DNA of 64,000 nucleotides, taken from assembly GCF_030028105.1 (NCBI RefSeq), contig NC_092379.1, positions 25,785,821 to 25,849,820 of the forward strand, in the 5' to 3' direction. Of the stretch, positions 49,295 to 63,152 are shown one piece after another. The DNA is from Mobula birostris. Lineage: Eukaryota. Numbering within the stretch: the first letter of the stretch is position 1; each line of letters starts with the position of its first letter. A model generated the notes under the pieces. It worked only from the letters and a program-made list of their open reading frames with translations, had not been told where the DNA came from and made no database searches. The translations under genes and the position numbers were made by a program.

Positions 49295-51219
49295 TTCTTA
49301 AGCTCTCACAGGCATATCACTGGAGGCTAGCAAACACTTAAAACAACGCGTCAGATGTGACCTCTAGAGGTTTGAAGCTTGAAGCATTTCTGAATATTCA
49401 GGACATCAATATCTTCTTCAGACTATAACGGAATGGCCTGCAAATCGTGGTTATTCAAGAAAATTCCAGCTAGATTTTCCGGCAGTCAGAAGTTTATATA
49501 CAATAAACGTGGACATATATTAAAGAGGAGGCGAACGTGCATTTCACCTCACATATATAACATATATAATCCACCACTCGTCTTGGACCCGTTTGAGGAA
49601 AGCGGTGACCTGAATTCTTGGATTCTAAAACCTGCTAGTTTTTTCGTCATAAGAGGAAACAATGGAACATTAGAATGGAAGTGATTTCCAGAGTAATTTT
49701 CAAGTTTGTAAATGCTTAAAAATGTGAAATGCAATATAATAGTTGTCAAACTGTATCCAGTGCGTGAAAATAGCTGGTGCACAGCTTGGTAAGGTAACTA
49801 TGTTCCACGTCTCTAAACATAATGCTACAGTGGTGAAAGATCTCCATACCTCAGTCAATCTTCTGACGCATATACTTCAAAAGGTCAGATTTTGTGAACG
49901 TAGCCAAACGTTGTCTCCAGAAAACGCTGAAATGCTAGATTCCCTGCGCTACTGCAGCTATAAGAAACATTTGTCGACGGTTGTTTGTCGACTGTTGCAC
50001 GAAGCACCAGGATATCAGCAGAAAGCGGATATATGTATACACAAAATCTCTCCAGCTGAATATCCGTTTACACGTGTAAGGAGTAGACTGTCTTGGACAG
50101 TCTGAGGGGAAGACATGAAACAGTGCGGTGAAGAAGGGAAAGGTTATATTTATCTGTTCAGGAATGCGAGTTGTTTATATTCAGTAGACATCTTCTTTGG
50201 ACACACATTCTTTTGCTAGGTTTATAGCAAGCCAAGTGCAAGTTTGTGAACCTCTCTCTGATAATGCGAGAAAGTTTCTTGTAGCTGAACGTGAGTAAAG
50301 AGAAGCCATTGAAAACTGGAACCATTCACAGATTATTGACGTCCTCTACAGAAATGAACTGAAAGGATTTCTAACCACACCCGCCAGAGGATTTCTGCAG
50401 CAAGTACACATCAAGTGCACCTGTCTGGACAAGCTTCTAAAAAATATGCCTTTCAGAAGAGAATCACGTCTGAGGAGGTACAGCCCGAGAGGCCATGATT
50501 GATTCTCTTGATGGTTTTGACTTGACTTACTGACTTGACTCAGAGTGATGGTAAACAAAACTTCCTGCTGGGTTATGTGATGGTATCCTCTGGACGAGAT
50601 GACTGTTACTTGACTTGGCTTGAATAAAGAGGACTTTTGCATATATATGGAGATGTTTATCGCTGAAGATGTCATATCTACAATTTTTTCGACTGTGGTA
50701 ATTATTATAGCGGAATAGCTGGTGGAGGAGTCGTAGAAATTCTTTATCATTTTCCTGACTGCCAGTATTATACTTAGTTTTGAGATGTATTTTTACAATC
50801 ATTGATCATTTGCTATTGTGCGTTGTTGAACTAAATGAGAAGGGTCCGATATACAGTATTTGCGCCATTATTTTAGATTCGTTTTTTTTTTTTTTCCGAC
50901 TGCTTATTTTATTATGCGCTTACTATGCTAACTGTGTTCTTTTACGAGGAACGCGTTAATATCGTTAATTTTGATCTATCGACTTCGGTGTTTTCGTAAT
51001 AAGTTATCCAGCGTGTTTTGTCGACGTGATACTCAGTTATTTTCATAGTCGTAATATAGCGTTCGTTTCCTCGTCAATCATCTCCTCTCCGAGGTTTTCG
51101 ATTGTGTTTTCAATGAGCTGCTAAGAAAGACGACGAGGTACATTGAAAACCAACCCGAAGCAATTACCTACTTGTTGATACGCAGTCCTGTATTTTTTTT
51201 TTTTACTCAACATGGGCGC

Positions 51220-54200
51220 AGAATCATTCCAGATACTAAAAGCAAAATACCTCTGCAGCCAGAACTCGTGATACGTGTTGGTACCAACGACTTAGGCAGG
51301 AAGAGGGATGAGGTCCTGAAGTGTGAGTTTCGGTAACTAGGCAGAAAGTTTAAGAACAGGACCTCAAGGGTGGCGTTCTCAGGGTTGCTTCCAGTGCTAC
51401 GTGACAGTGATGTTAAGAATTGGAGGAGATGGCAGTTGAATGCGTGGCTGAGGAGTTTGTGTAGGGAGCAGGGTTTTAGATTTTTTGGATCATTTGGATC
51501 TCTTCTGTGGAAGGTGGGACCTCTACAGATTAGATGGGCTGCACCTGAACTCGACGGGGAGCAATATCCTTGCAGGTAGGTTTGCGGGTTGCTAGCATGG
51601 TTTGGGACTGTTTAAACTAATTAGCAAGGGGGATGGAAACCGGAGCGATAGAGCAGTTAAAGAAGTGCATGGAGTAAAGCGAGATCTTAGAGAGGCTTTG
51701 AGAAAAAAGAAGCAGAATATTCGGTGTAAAGGGAGTAAGGCAGAAGGGCTGAAGTGTGTGTACCTCAATGCAAGAAGCATCAGGAGTATAGGTGATGAAC
51801 TGAGAGCTTGGATAAATACATGGAATTACGATGTAGTGGCCATTACAGAGATTTGGCTGGCACCACGGCAGGAATGGATTCTCAATATTCTAGGATTTCC
51901 CTGCTTTAAAATGAATATAGAGGAGGAAAAGGTGAAGGAGGGTGGCATTACTGCTCAGCGAAAGTATTACAGGTACAGAAAGGATGGGTAATACAGCAGG
52001 ATCCGCTTTTGAGTCATTATTGGTGGAAGTCAGGAACAGGAAGGAGCAGTTACTCTATTGGGGGTATTCTATAGGGCCACTGGTAGCATCCGAAAAACAG
52101 AGGAGCAGATTGTAAGGCAGATTTTGGAAAAGTGCAAAAAATAACACCGTTGTTATCATGGGTGACGTTACCTTCCCAAAGACTGATTGGCACCTCATTA
52201 GTTTCAAGGGTGTAGACGGGAAAGAATTTCGTAAGTGTGTCCAAGGCGGATTCCCGTCACAGTATGTGGACAGGCCGACTAGGGCGGATACCATGCTAGA
52301 TCTACTACTAGGTAATGAACCGGGTCAGGTCACAGATCTCTCAGGGGTGAGCATCTGAGGGACAGTATCCATCGCTCCCTGGTCTTTAACATTATCATGG
52401 AAAAGGATAGGATCAGAGAGGACAGGATTTTTTTTTTATTTTAATTGGGGAAGAACAAATTATGAGGCTATAATGCTAGAACTTGTGGGTGTGAATTGGG
52501 ATGATGATTTGCAGGAAAATGTACATGGAAATGTGGTCAATATTTAGAGATCTCTTGCAGGATGTTCGGGATAAATTTGTTCCGGTGAGGAAGATAAAGA
52601 ATGGTAGGGTGAAGGAACCATGGGTGACATGTGAGGTAGAAAATCTAGTCAGGTGGAAGAGGGCAGCAAACATGAGGTTAGGAAGTAAGGGTCAGATGGG
52701 TCTATTATGGGGTATAGGGAAGCAAGAAAAGAGTTTAACAAGGGGCTGAGAAGAGCAAGAATGGGTCATGAGAAGATCTTGGCGAGTAGGGTAAAGAAAA
52801 ACCCCAGGGCATTCTTCGATTATGTGAAGAACGAGATGATGACAGGAGTGAAGGTAGGACCGATTAGAGATAAAGCTGGGAAGATGTGCCTGGAGGCTGT
52901 GGAAGTGAGTGAAGCCCTCAATGAATACTTCTGTTCGGTATTCACCAATTAGAGAGGAGTTGATAATTGTGAGGACAACATGAGTGAGGTTGATGTTCTG
53001 GAGCATGTTCATATTAAGGGAGAGAAGATGTTGGAGTTGTTAAGATACGTTAGGACGGATACGTTTCCGGGGCCTGACGGAATATTCCCCAGTCTGCTCC
53101 ACGAGACGCGGGAAGAGCTTGTTGAGCCTCTGGCTAGGATCTTTATGTCCTCGTTGTCCACAGAAATGGTACCGGAGGATTGGAGGGAGGCGAATGCTGT
53201 CCCCTTGTTCAAAAAAGTTAGTAGGGATAGTCCGGGTAATTATAGACCAGTGCGCTTTACGTCTGTGGTGGGAAAGCTGCTGGAAAAGGTTCTTAGAGTT
53301 AGGATCTATGGTCATTTAGAGAATCACGCTCTGATCAGGGACAGTCAGCATGGCCTTGTGAAGGGCAGATCGTGTCTAACAAGCCTGATAGAGTTCTTTG
53401 AGGAGTTGACCAGGCATATAGATGAGGGTAGTGCAGTGGATGTGATCTATATGGATTTTAGTAAGGTATTTGACACGGTTCCACACGGTAGGCTTGTTCA
53501 GAAAGTCAGACGGCATGGGATTCAGGGAAGTTTGGCCAGGTGGATTCAGAATTGGCTTGCCTGAAGAAGGCAGAGTGTCATGGTGGAGGGAGTGCATTCA
53601 GATTGGAGGATTGTGAATAGTCGTGCCCCAGAAGGATCTGTGTCTTTGACCTCAACTGTTCGTGATTTTTATTAACGACCTGGATGTAGGGGTAGAGGGG
53701 TGGGTTGGCAAGTTTGCAGACGACACAAAGGTTGGTGGCGTTGTAGATAGTGTAGAGGATTGTCGACGATTGCAGCGAGACATTAATATGATGCAGAAGT
53801 TGCTGAGAAGTGGCAGATTGAGTTCAACCAGGAGAACTGTTAGGTGGTACACTTTGGAGGGACAAACTCCAAGGCGGAATGGAAAGTAAAAGGCAGGATA
53901 CTTCGCAGTGTGGAGCAGCAGGTGGACATGGTGGTACATGTCCACGATCCTTCTAAGTTGTCTCAGAGGTGGATAGGGTAGCTAAGAAAACTTATGTGTT
54001 GTTAGCTTTCATAAGTCGAGGCATAGAGTTTAAGAGTCGCGAGGTAATGATGCAGCTCTATAAAACTCTGTCTAGGCCACTATTGCAGTATTATGTCCAG
54101 TTCTGGTTGCCTCACTGTAGGAAGGATGTGGAAGCATTGGAAAGGGAGCAGAGGAGATTTACCAGGATGCTGCCTGGTTTGGAGAGTATGGATTATGATC

Positions 54201-54626
54201 AGAAATTAAGAGAGCTAGGGCTTTACTCTTTGGAGAGAAGGAGGATGAGAGGAAACATGACAGAGTTGTACAAGATAATAAGAGGAATAGATAGAGTGGA
54301 TAGCCAGCGCCTCTTTCCCAGGGCACCACTGCTCAATACAATCGGGCATGGTTTTAAGGTAAGGGCTGGGAAGTTTAAGTGGGATATTAGAGGAAAGTTT
54401 CTTTTTATTATTATTTTACTCAGAGAGTGGTTGGTGCGGCGAATGCACTGCCTGAGTCAGTGGTGGAGGCAGATTCACTCGTGAAGTTTAAGAGACTACT
54501 AGACAGGTATATGGAGGAATTTAATGTGGGGGTTATATGGGAGACAGGGTTTGAGGTTCGCACAACATTGTGGGCCGAAGGGCCTGTAATCTGCCGAACT
54601 GTTCTATGTTCTATGTTCTATGTTCT
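51220..54626 (+). mobile_element. Long CR1 LINE: ORF1 esterase remnant plus ORF2 endonuclease/RT, degenerate
   Basis: VGTNDLG...SGLLPV...LNAWL..LCREQGFRF (SGNH-like ORF1), CVYLNARSIR, YDVVAITEIWL, NYRPVRFTSVVGKLLE, IYMDFSKVFD, KFADDTKVGG. Tail (GTTCTAT)n at 54601-54626. Confidence 0.95.
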
Positions 54627-55849
54627 TCCTTGGAAGGGGGAGAGAGTGACTTTGAATTTTAGAAATGTCAGGAACAGAGGTAATTACCGGCTCCATACAC
54701 AGTCAGTTACGGGTAATAATAATAAATATTCATAAGTAGAAGTGGCTGGCTATACCGGGAATATATATTGCGTTTGCTTTACAGTCAAAAGATGGACAAC
54801 GTATGAAGTAAGAGTCATTTCTTTTCTTTCATAAGTGGAATCAAATGAAATCTTAACCTATTTCAAGGACCTGCTTGATTTGAGGAAATTAGCAGAACAT
54901 TGACAGTTAGATGATGGTCTTCGTTAATGCAGGGAGATCGTTTCTTGTAGTTCGTGGAATTTTACAAGACAACATTCAAAAACACTTCCTGGTAACTGAA
55001 ACACCGGTCATGTTTAGAAGAATAGTTAATGATGTCTGTATCAATTAAAACCGCAGCAGAAACGCAATTCAATTGCGGTCAGGAACTAAAAACAGCGTAA
55101 AAACAAACAGAAAAAAAATGAACAGCTGAACAGAAACGTGCCTGCAGAAGACATTGTGTTTCGTTTTTGTAGGGGCGTACGGACGCACTTTTAAATGTGA
55201 ACCTTGCAGAAAATGCAAAAAAGGTCAGGTATCTTGGCCTGTCAAAATAACTAGACTGCACAGGAACGACAGAGAGAGATAAAAAAAATCAAGTTGGAGC
55301 TTTCAAAAGAGTAGCAATCAATGAGGATCTGATAAACAAGTCTGATAAAGATAACAGTGTCAGCGAAATGAGAAACCTTGAGATTTTCAATCTGTAAACT
55401 AACAAGAGACAATCAATAAGGCTTAAACCAGCAATATTCCGTAGTTAATTAAAATGGAATTGTATTCTATCTCGGCTGCTGCGGTTAGTCTTTGAAATGA
55501 CTATGAAAATGAAGCCTGCGGATATTCAACCTGTTGTGTAAAACAGATTACACCTGTGTGAATGACACTGGAAAGAAAAAGATAACTGTCAACCAGGCAC
55601 ATTGGTCTTTTAAATGGGATCAAAAACAAAACAAAACAGCAATTATAGCACTTTGGCTGATCCAACTACAACTTGATTGGAGATGTATGCATCATTTGCT
55701 TAGTATTTCCACTGCAATAGTGTCAACTGAAAGCGAAGTAGGAAAGGTCATGGATAATGACATAACAGTGTTCAGTATGGCATTGGAAATTTCTGGTATA
55801 TCAATGGTAAACTAGCGTCAAGTGAAAGTTTCACACATTAGTTTTACAT

Positions 55850-57700
55850 AGCATCTCCGTCCCCTTCACCATCCCTGCTGAAGGAGATCGCCTGACGGCT
55901 GAGGGAACGTCTTCCAAGTTTGATTGGAGACCGTGAATCCCCAAGTTGACCATCAGCTACTAGCCAGGAAGGATAGATCTGTTGTGACTTTAATGTCATC
56001 ATCAATCCAGTTCTGAACATAGAACAATCTCGTTGTACAGAATATATGATATATTTGCAAAACGTTCTCGAGTGAAAGACTTCATCAAAGAAGAATTATC
56101 TAAAATCTACTTACAGGTTGCATTCGAAAAAAAGAGTTAAATGTCTTTCTTACAGGAAACACACACAAGAGGATTTATCGCTATCATAGGCTTAGTTTTA
56201 GAATGACATCTGCACAAGCACTCGACAAGGTTCAGCAATGCTGCTCAAACACGCTCTGTAATCCTGAAATATTATTGTGACAGGTGAGGATGAAAAGGAA
56301 TATCTTCAAAATCTCAAGACTGGGTTAAAATGAATAGAATATCATGGTCTCAGAATACGGCTTGCCAAGTGTGAAAACATTAAACGAAACGTCACTTACT
56401 GTGGTCATAACCGTGACTCTCATAGATTATACAAGTATGCTCAGAAAATTGATGAGTGGGCTGATGCCTCAAGAATGAATTGAATTGAAGTGACTATTCC
56501 TTACATTCTTCACATACATGAGGAGGAAACATCTATACGTTATGTCTCCGTCTAATCGTGCAACATTAAATCATAGTAATTTATAACAAATAGAATAGTC
56601 GATGTAATAGAGAGTATACTCAAGTAAGTATGAGTTAGTCAGTCTTGTGGAAGATGCTCTCTGTTGGTCCTGCCTTTTATGCTGCTGTACCGTTTCCAGG
56701 ATTACAGAAGCTGAAGTAGATTGTGGTTGGGGTGACTAGGGTCCATAATGATCCCACCGGCCGCTTTTACACTCCTGCCCTTGTAAATGTCCTGAATCAT
56801 GGGAAGTTCACAACTACAGATGTGCTGGGCTGTCCGCACGACTCTCGACAGAGTCCTGCGATTAAAGGAGGTACAGTTCCCATACCAGACAGTGATGCAT
56901 CCAGTTAGGATGCTGTTAAATTTGCCCCTATAAAAAAGAAACACAACTCTGCAAGCAAGTATCATGTGATCAACAACGTCCAATGAATATTGCCTTTCAC
57001 GTCTGTCCAAATGTTAAAGGTGCAGTCATGGCATACGTTACGAGCGATGGATATGAAAAGTCCATAGCTTTTGTTTCACATTCCCTTGCCACTGCACGGG
57101 AAAAAAAAATCCGCACAAGTTGACAGGGATGTCGTAACGCTAGTTCGGTCTCCACGCTGCTTTTTAGCCTGTGCCTGGACGGGAGACAGGTTGCCATAAT
57201 TATTGACCATCATTCACGAATATCTATTTTAGATCCACATAAGCGTGAGTAGCACACCACTACAGAGACAAATAGGTGAGACAAATTGAAAAGTCCTCAA
57301 ACAGGGAGGAACCGTGGTTCACATCTGGCGAAGAACTATCTTGGTGATGAAAAGTGAGTGATCGGCAAGATTAAGGGCAGAACCAGATCTCTATCCTGGA
57401 TAACAAAGATTGTTCGATATCCTCCTGAGATGACACTTTGATCAGTTGGGGAAATCAGTGCCAATTGATAGAAAATATAGGTCTCCGGAACCGTCAGAAC
57501 AACTTTCTGCATTCCCAAATTCAAATCCTACCACGGCCAAGGAGGAGGCCCCGAATCTGACATTGGGTTATTGCAACAAATATCTCCTGTCAGATATAAT
57601 TCTACCTCAACTACTCTTGACAAGAATGAAATTATTCCACAAGTATTGACAATTAACCATACAGAAATCTCTTCATGTGTTAATGGGACAATTTAACTTG
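55850..57700 (+). mobile_element. Decayed Gypsy pol (RT and RNase H), interrupted
   Basis: Remnants of GDFK..INPVL, THKGLYRY.RL.F and AVM...SDG.E..IAF motifs; split by an insertion at ~56470-56930. Confidence 0.7.
56630..56930 (-). mobile_element. Rex1/Babar-like LINE 3' fragment
   Basis: SILTGCITVWYGNCTSFNRRTLSRVVRTAQHICSCELP. Confidence 0.85.
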
Positions 57701-59419
57701 TATATGCTAATCATTTTCCACTTCCTTGAGGGTCGAACATATGACGCAACTGAATAGTGATATAATAATATTTATTGCAAATGACTACTTTACTTTCGCA
57801 ATTAGCGTCTACCCCGTCAGAGTCGTCAAGTTATGAAAGAGATGATGAGGGCGGTCCTGGCTCTGGTAATTGGAGAAAAGAGTTGGCTGGAGTACGAAGT
57901 GTAAGAAGCACTAGGATAAGAAGTTGTAACATTCGGTTGCAGATGTGTTGAAGCTATGCCTTACTCAACATGTGAGAAGTTAATATTACCTATCTAACAA
58001 CCTCATATTTCTTGCATCAATCTGTGATTTCCCGACCATTTTGTTCCTATAAGTTCCCGGATATTGGGTCGTCTGTAATGCAGTCCCATTGATGTCGCAA
58101 TGCCTTTTTTTTTAATTCTCAGTCGAGCAATAACACGGGACTTAAATGAGTTACTTAGATTGTGCTGAATGACCATTGTCGTGACGTTTTTTTTTTCTGA
58201 CTAGTAAAACGATCTCATTTAATTCCTGTCGTAGAATCGCGCCTAAAGCAAAGCAACATCAAAATACGGAGCAAATCTGCAACAAAGGCTCAGTAATGGC
58301 TGCAATATGATAATTTTCCGTGTCCATCCATGCGTTGAGCTCATCTGACGTCCTTACAATACATCTAGCTGCGAAAGAGACATGACTCAGGGCATCCTGC
58401 GCTATTTTCTCATTGTTTTGATCACCGAATGTCTCTGAAATATTAACAACATCTGTCTATATACTCTACCGCACAGCACCGGCAAATCTTCGGAATAGGA
58501 TGTTGCTCCCTTTCCAATTCAGGTACAAACGGTCTGTTGTGTACAGTACATGACTTCCCTAGAAGAGAACCGAATAATCCAAAATCTCACGTCCTCCCTC
58601 CGAGAGCAACTACATAGCCACGTATTTAAGTGTATATGTTTTCAACTTCTGGCCTGACGAGGACGAGGCACGGGGTTCAATCTAGAGATCTAAGCTCTGG
58701 AGGAACTGTCCTTTAGCGTAGCACCTAACTCCTTCAGATAACTCCAGAACCTGGTGAGTCTTATTATAATTTCCATTGGTACCTACATGGGCCACAACCT
58801 CCGATAGCTGAAACACCCATCTGAAATTCTGAAAGCTCGTTCTGGGATGCCCTGGCTAATGGCATTAGGGATCAACAGATCCCTGAGAGCACCACTTACC
58901 GCTCAACATAGAGGTTACTTTGCTCGGAATCAGCGGGAGATAAAAAAAAAAAATGGAGCTACATTCTGCTCAAAGACATCAAGACAGCGAAACAATACAA
59001 GGACAGATCCATACTCAACTTTGCACCAACAGCACACGGAGAAGCAAGGTCTGCACAATATCTTAGACTTCAAAGCTAAACGCAGTTGGGTTTTCTGTCT
59101 CAGACGAGCTAAATCTTGATACGCTCGATTCGATGTCGCGAATACTGAGTCCCTGCGGAGATCTGCAGATGATGCTACCGCCATACTGGTCATCTTTGAG
59201 GCCGAAGTTCGCAGGTATTTCGAACCAGTGGACAGTCGTTAGGCTGCGGGACCGGCCGACATTCCAGGGCGGGTACTCAGGATGTGTGCGGCACAAATGG
59301 CAGGTGCAAAAGTACGTACATTTTTCACGTCTTACCTCTCCTAGTATAGAATGCCTTCCAGCTTTAAAACATCCGCAACGGTTCTTTTTAGCTAAAAGGA
59401 ACAAGATAACATGTCTGAA

Positions 59420-60540
59420 ACGGCTGACGCCCTATGACATTCACCTCAAGAATAAGCAAATGCTATGCGAGTTTAGACAGGTACTACATCTACAGCATGT
59501 TACCATCCGCACCAGAGCGCCTACAACTCGCCTACCGAGACAACCGGTCGACAGATAACGCAATAGCCACAGCTCGACACACCGTCCTTACACATCTGGA
59601 GATGAGTGATGCTTATGTAAAAATGATGTTCTTGGACTACAGTGCAACACTCAGCACTGTAATTCCCTCCATGATCGACAAGAAGCTCACAGACCTCAAC
59701 CTTCAACCTGCCATGTGTAGCTGGATCCTGGACTTTCTGCCAGGTTGCCGCGGTTGGTAGGAGTGGAGTCTCTCACCTTTGGCCTCTGACTGTCAACGCT
59801 GGAGCGTTTCTGGGCTCTGTACGAAGCCCACTCCTTTACCGTTGGTATACTCGGGATACCTATAGTCCCCACCCACAGCTCCAATCTGATAATTCAGATT
59901 TGCTGACGACACTGTTCTGTTTGGCCTAATCTCAAGTAATAATGAGGCAGCCTTCAGAGAAGAACTCACCACTCTCACAAACCAACTGTGTGGTGAAAAT
60001 GACACAGCAGCGTCTCTATTTTGCGTTGGCCCTTCGGGGCTATTGTGGGCCCTCCAATACTAAGTACTTTCTATAAGACACAAATGATAGCATCCTGACT
60101 AGCAGCATTACTGCTGGTATGGGAGCTATACCTGCCAGTACATCTACAGATGTGCTGAGAGCCCAGCACATCTGTATGTGTGAACTTCCTACTCTCCTGG
60201 TCGTTTACTAAAACAAGTGTGTACTAAGGGCTCGAGGGTTCACTGGGCACCCGGGACACACCAGCTACAAAGTGTTAGAACTGCTACCATCCAGCAAAAC
60301 GTATCGCAGCATGAAAACCAGGAGCCCCAGTCTCCGGGACAGCTTCCTCCACCAGACCAGAGGACTGATTAAATCGTGTTTCTCTTTTATATTGGCTGTT
60401 CTGTTGCACATACGTTTTATTTTATATTGCTATAAATTGTGCATTGCAAATTTAGGCGGTGACATAACATAAAGGTATATACTCATCATGTATATGAAGA
60501 ATGTACGTAATGAATTCATTTAAATTCAATTCAATGCAAC
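59420..60540 (+). mobile_element. Rex1/Babar-like LINE RT fragment, internally deleted
   Basis: LQLAYRDNRSTDNAI...THLE...YVKMMFLDYS...SWILDFL, FADDT, and LELLPSSKTYRSMKTR. Tail-like attcaattcaa at ~60515-60535. Confidence 0.85.
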
Positions 60541-60724
60541 TCGCATTGCTTAGGCGTCACAGAGACACACTAGGTGTCTGAGAGTTTCCACTGAGACTTT
60601 CCTCTGCTACATCTTTTTTTTTTCCCCAACAATACCAAAGATCTCGTATCTGTTCTTGAGATGTCCACAGGGCATTCTGCACTGGCTGTTAAACTCCTTT
60701 GTCCTTCTTTCCACACAGTTTCCT

Positions 60725-61410
60725 GCGTTAAGTAAACGGCAGCAATGAATATCAATCGAGACAGGTTATATAAAAACAACCAAACATTTATTAAATTTTG
60801 GATAAACTATAGAGGGGGGGGACGCAAACTTTAACCGGAAGTTAACCGATATGCAGCCGGTCAACAACTAATCACTCGGCACTGGTTTGATAAAGCGTTA
60901 AATGCGAAAACAGTTCTTAAAGCGATAAAGTCAGATATAGTTCTTAAAATGGTAAATTCGAAAGTCCAATAGATTTATACATTCAATTGGGAGGCACTTC
61001 TCTGAAGAAGGACTTCTTCATCGACGCGACTTTCCTGCTGATTCTGATCACAGGACCCACGAAGCCGAAAAGTAAATAGTTTAAAACAAATGACCTTAAA
61101 TTCCTCCTACTACCGGAATTCAGTAAATCAGCAAATCCAGCCAAACATTTTCAGTCCAATAATATTATCTTGCAATAAAACGCAACACTCCGTCGAAAAA
61201 ATTAAACTGCGGTACAAAAATAACAAACACGCAACAATGCAACATAAGCAGAGACACAGCATCTTGTACCTGGGCATAAACAAACTAAAAAAAAAAAAAA
61301 TAAATAACTGCGTCATCTGGGATCTTCCTTCATATACCCATGGTGTGCATGGCATTACGTGACCTCACGTGGGGGGGGGAATCACATCAGGTGATCTTCC
61401 AAAGACCATT
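60725..61410 (-). mobile_element. Possible solo LTR
   Basis: LTR-like composition with an antisense AATAAA signal; termini not clean. Confidence 0.3.
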
Positions 61411-61419
61411 ACATCATTC

Positions 61420-61800
61420 TCACACATAAAAACAGAACTCCTTGAGTATGTAACGCCTGTGTTCTTGAACTCTATTTCACCTACCTCTCATTATGCCCAA
61501 TCTATCTCAGCATCACGAAAAATCCATCGCTCATCCAATTCCAGCTTCACCTCCTTAAAACTAATTGTAAGAAGCTATAATTGCATAAATTTCACCCATA
61601 AGTAGTCGCCAGTGACACCGGAGGTTTCCCAGTGCTTTATCATCCCGTCAGGAAAGCAGTCATATTTTCAGGTCCTGTTGAATGATCTCGGACAGAAACA
61701 TCCACGGCTTACTCTTCCCCATACATGTTTCATGGCCTGCCCGAGCTACCACGGCATTGTGTGTGCATTGAGTTCAAGTATTCTGCCTGACATCATTAAA
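61420..61800 (-). mobile_element. CR1 ORF1 N-terminal (zinc finger/leucine zipper) remnant
   Basis: Antisense ETSGVTGDY...LQLL...KEVKLELDE resembles the shark-type CR1 ORF1 start. Confidence 0.5.
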
Positions 61801-63060
61801 ATGCATTCTTAACAAATATAGAAAAGGAAAAATATATATATACTATTGGAAAAAAAAAACTTGCCTACAACTTTGTCTCATTTTCTTACTCCGGCCGATT
61901 CTCGCTAAAGCATCGAAGAGGCAATATGTCAAGTTTTCACTCTAACAATTTCGACTCCACGGATGACTGCTCCACATTCCGCTATTTTTTTTAATATAAA
62001 TTTGATCTTGTCATTCAATCCATATCGCTCTTCAAAACGAGAAGCTGTCGTGAATTGATGGGTTATGCATGCAAATCGGCGAACCTGAGAGCCCCGTCTT
62101 GTCAGCCTTGGGATCTTCGAATGGCCGCAGTTTAAATCACCAAAACGCTTAAAATCGATACCTTATGTTCTCAATCAGCGTACCTGGTTCCGCTATGTCT
62201 TCTCGTGTTTCGTATCTCCGATGAGCCTCTGTTTAAGCATCAAACAGCCGCCAGCTGATGCCTTGTATACTCGATAGGCAAACTTGAATGATTCCATCCT
62301 CTCGCGCTTCGGTCTCATTTCCATCAGTTTGCTTACGCTGTCTTTCCGTGTTTGCGGAGCCCATTTTTACTTAGAACATTTTCTGTTTGTCTATCTAATT
62401 ATTTATCTGTGCGTTTGTTTATTTATTTGCTAAGATCTCAGTACCCCTGGTGGCTCCATTCTTTTGATTATTAAAGAAAATTCTGTAACAACGGAGGTAC
62501 AAGAAAATTAAAGCTCTGTATACTGTTTTCCGTAAGATCTGACAGAACCCTAATCTACTCACTGAATCAAAGATAAATCCACGCCATATAATAAGTAATA
62601 AAAAAACACAGCCGGAGCATTTGTCTTCAATTCGACGGTGGCGCTTCACATTTCCAGTTTTCGCTTAATCATCAACTTTTCCCAGCCTCACCAGAGTTAA
62701 ATAAATATTTTGCTTTGTTATTTTCGCTCTGGCGAGTAGTTCCTCGTAAACATAAATTGTTTTATTTGCCACTGCCTTGTGTATACCATGTGGCCTTTTA
62801 CCTCTGGTCCTTTAGGTAGAACAGAGAACACAGTATAGTACAGCTTGGAGTCCGCACAGCACGATCCACGCCAGACCGATATAAATCACTCCACGATCAA
62901 ACCACAACTACATAACACTCTGCACATAGTTTTATCCTCCATTGATCCAATATCCTTAACGAAACTATTAAACATCAATTCATCAGCCTCCATTGGCAAT
63001 AGTTACTAGAAAATATAAAAGATAATTTTACAGGAGGTTCCCATTCGAATACTCCACGGG

Positions 63061-63152
63061 TGATGATGATGATTAGATTAAATTAGATTCGATTAGATTA
63101 GATTAGATTAGATGATGATGATGATAATAATAATAATAATAATAATAATAAT
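63061..63152. repeat. Compound microsatellite (GAT)n(GATTA)n(GAT)n(AAT)n
   Basis: Read directly from the sequence. Confidence 0.95.

Noticed and set aside
50346-50802. 134-aa and 91-aa minus-strand ORFs
   Set aside because: No recognisable domain, splice structure or family; cannot be supported as a gene.
55162-55199. Minus-strand RSS-like CACATTT-22 nt-ACAAAAACG
   Set aside because: The heptamer is poor, the spacer is 22 nt, and the adjacent frame lacks a properly spaced D-x-x-x-Y-x-C or other V hallmarks. At most a cryptic RSS.
58300-59404. Cys/His-rich minus-strand ORF as a zinc-knuckle gag
   Set aside because: The spacing does not fit CCHC and no flanking LTR or pol was identified.
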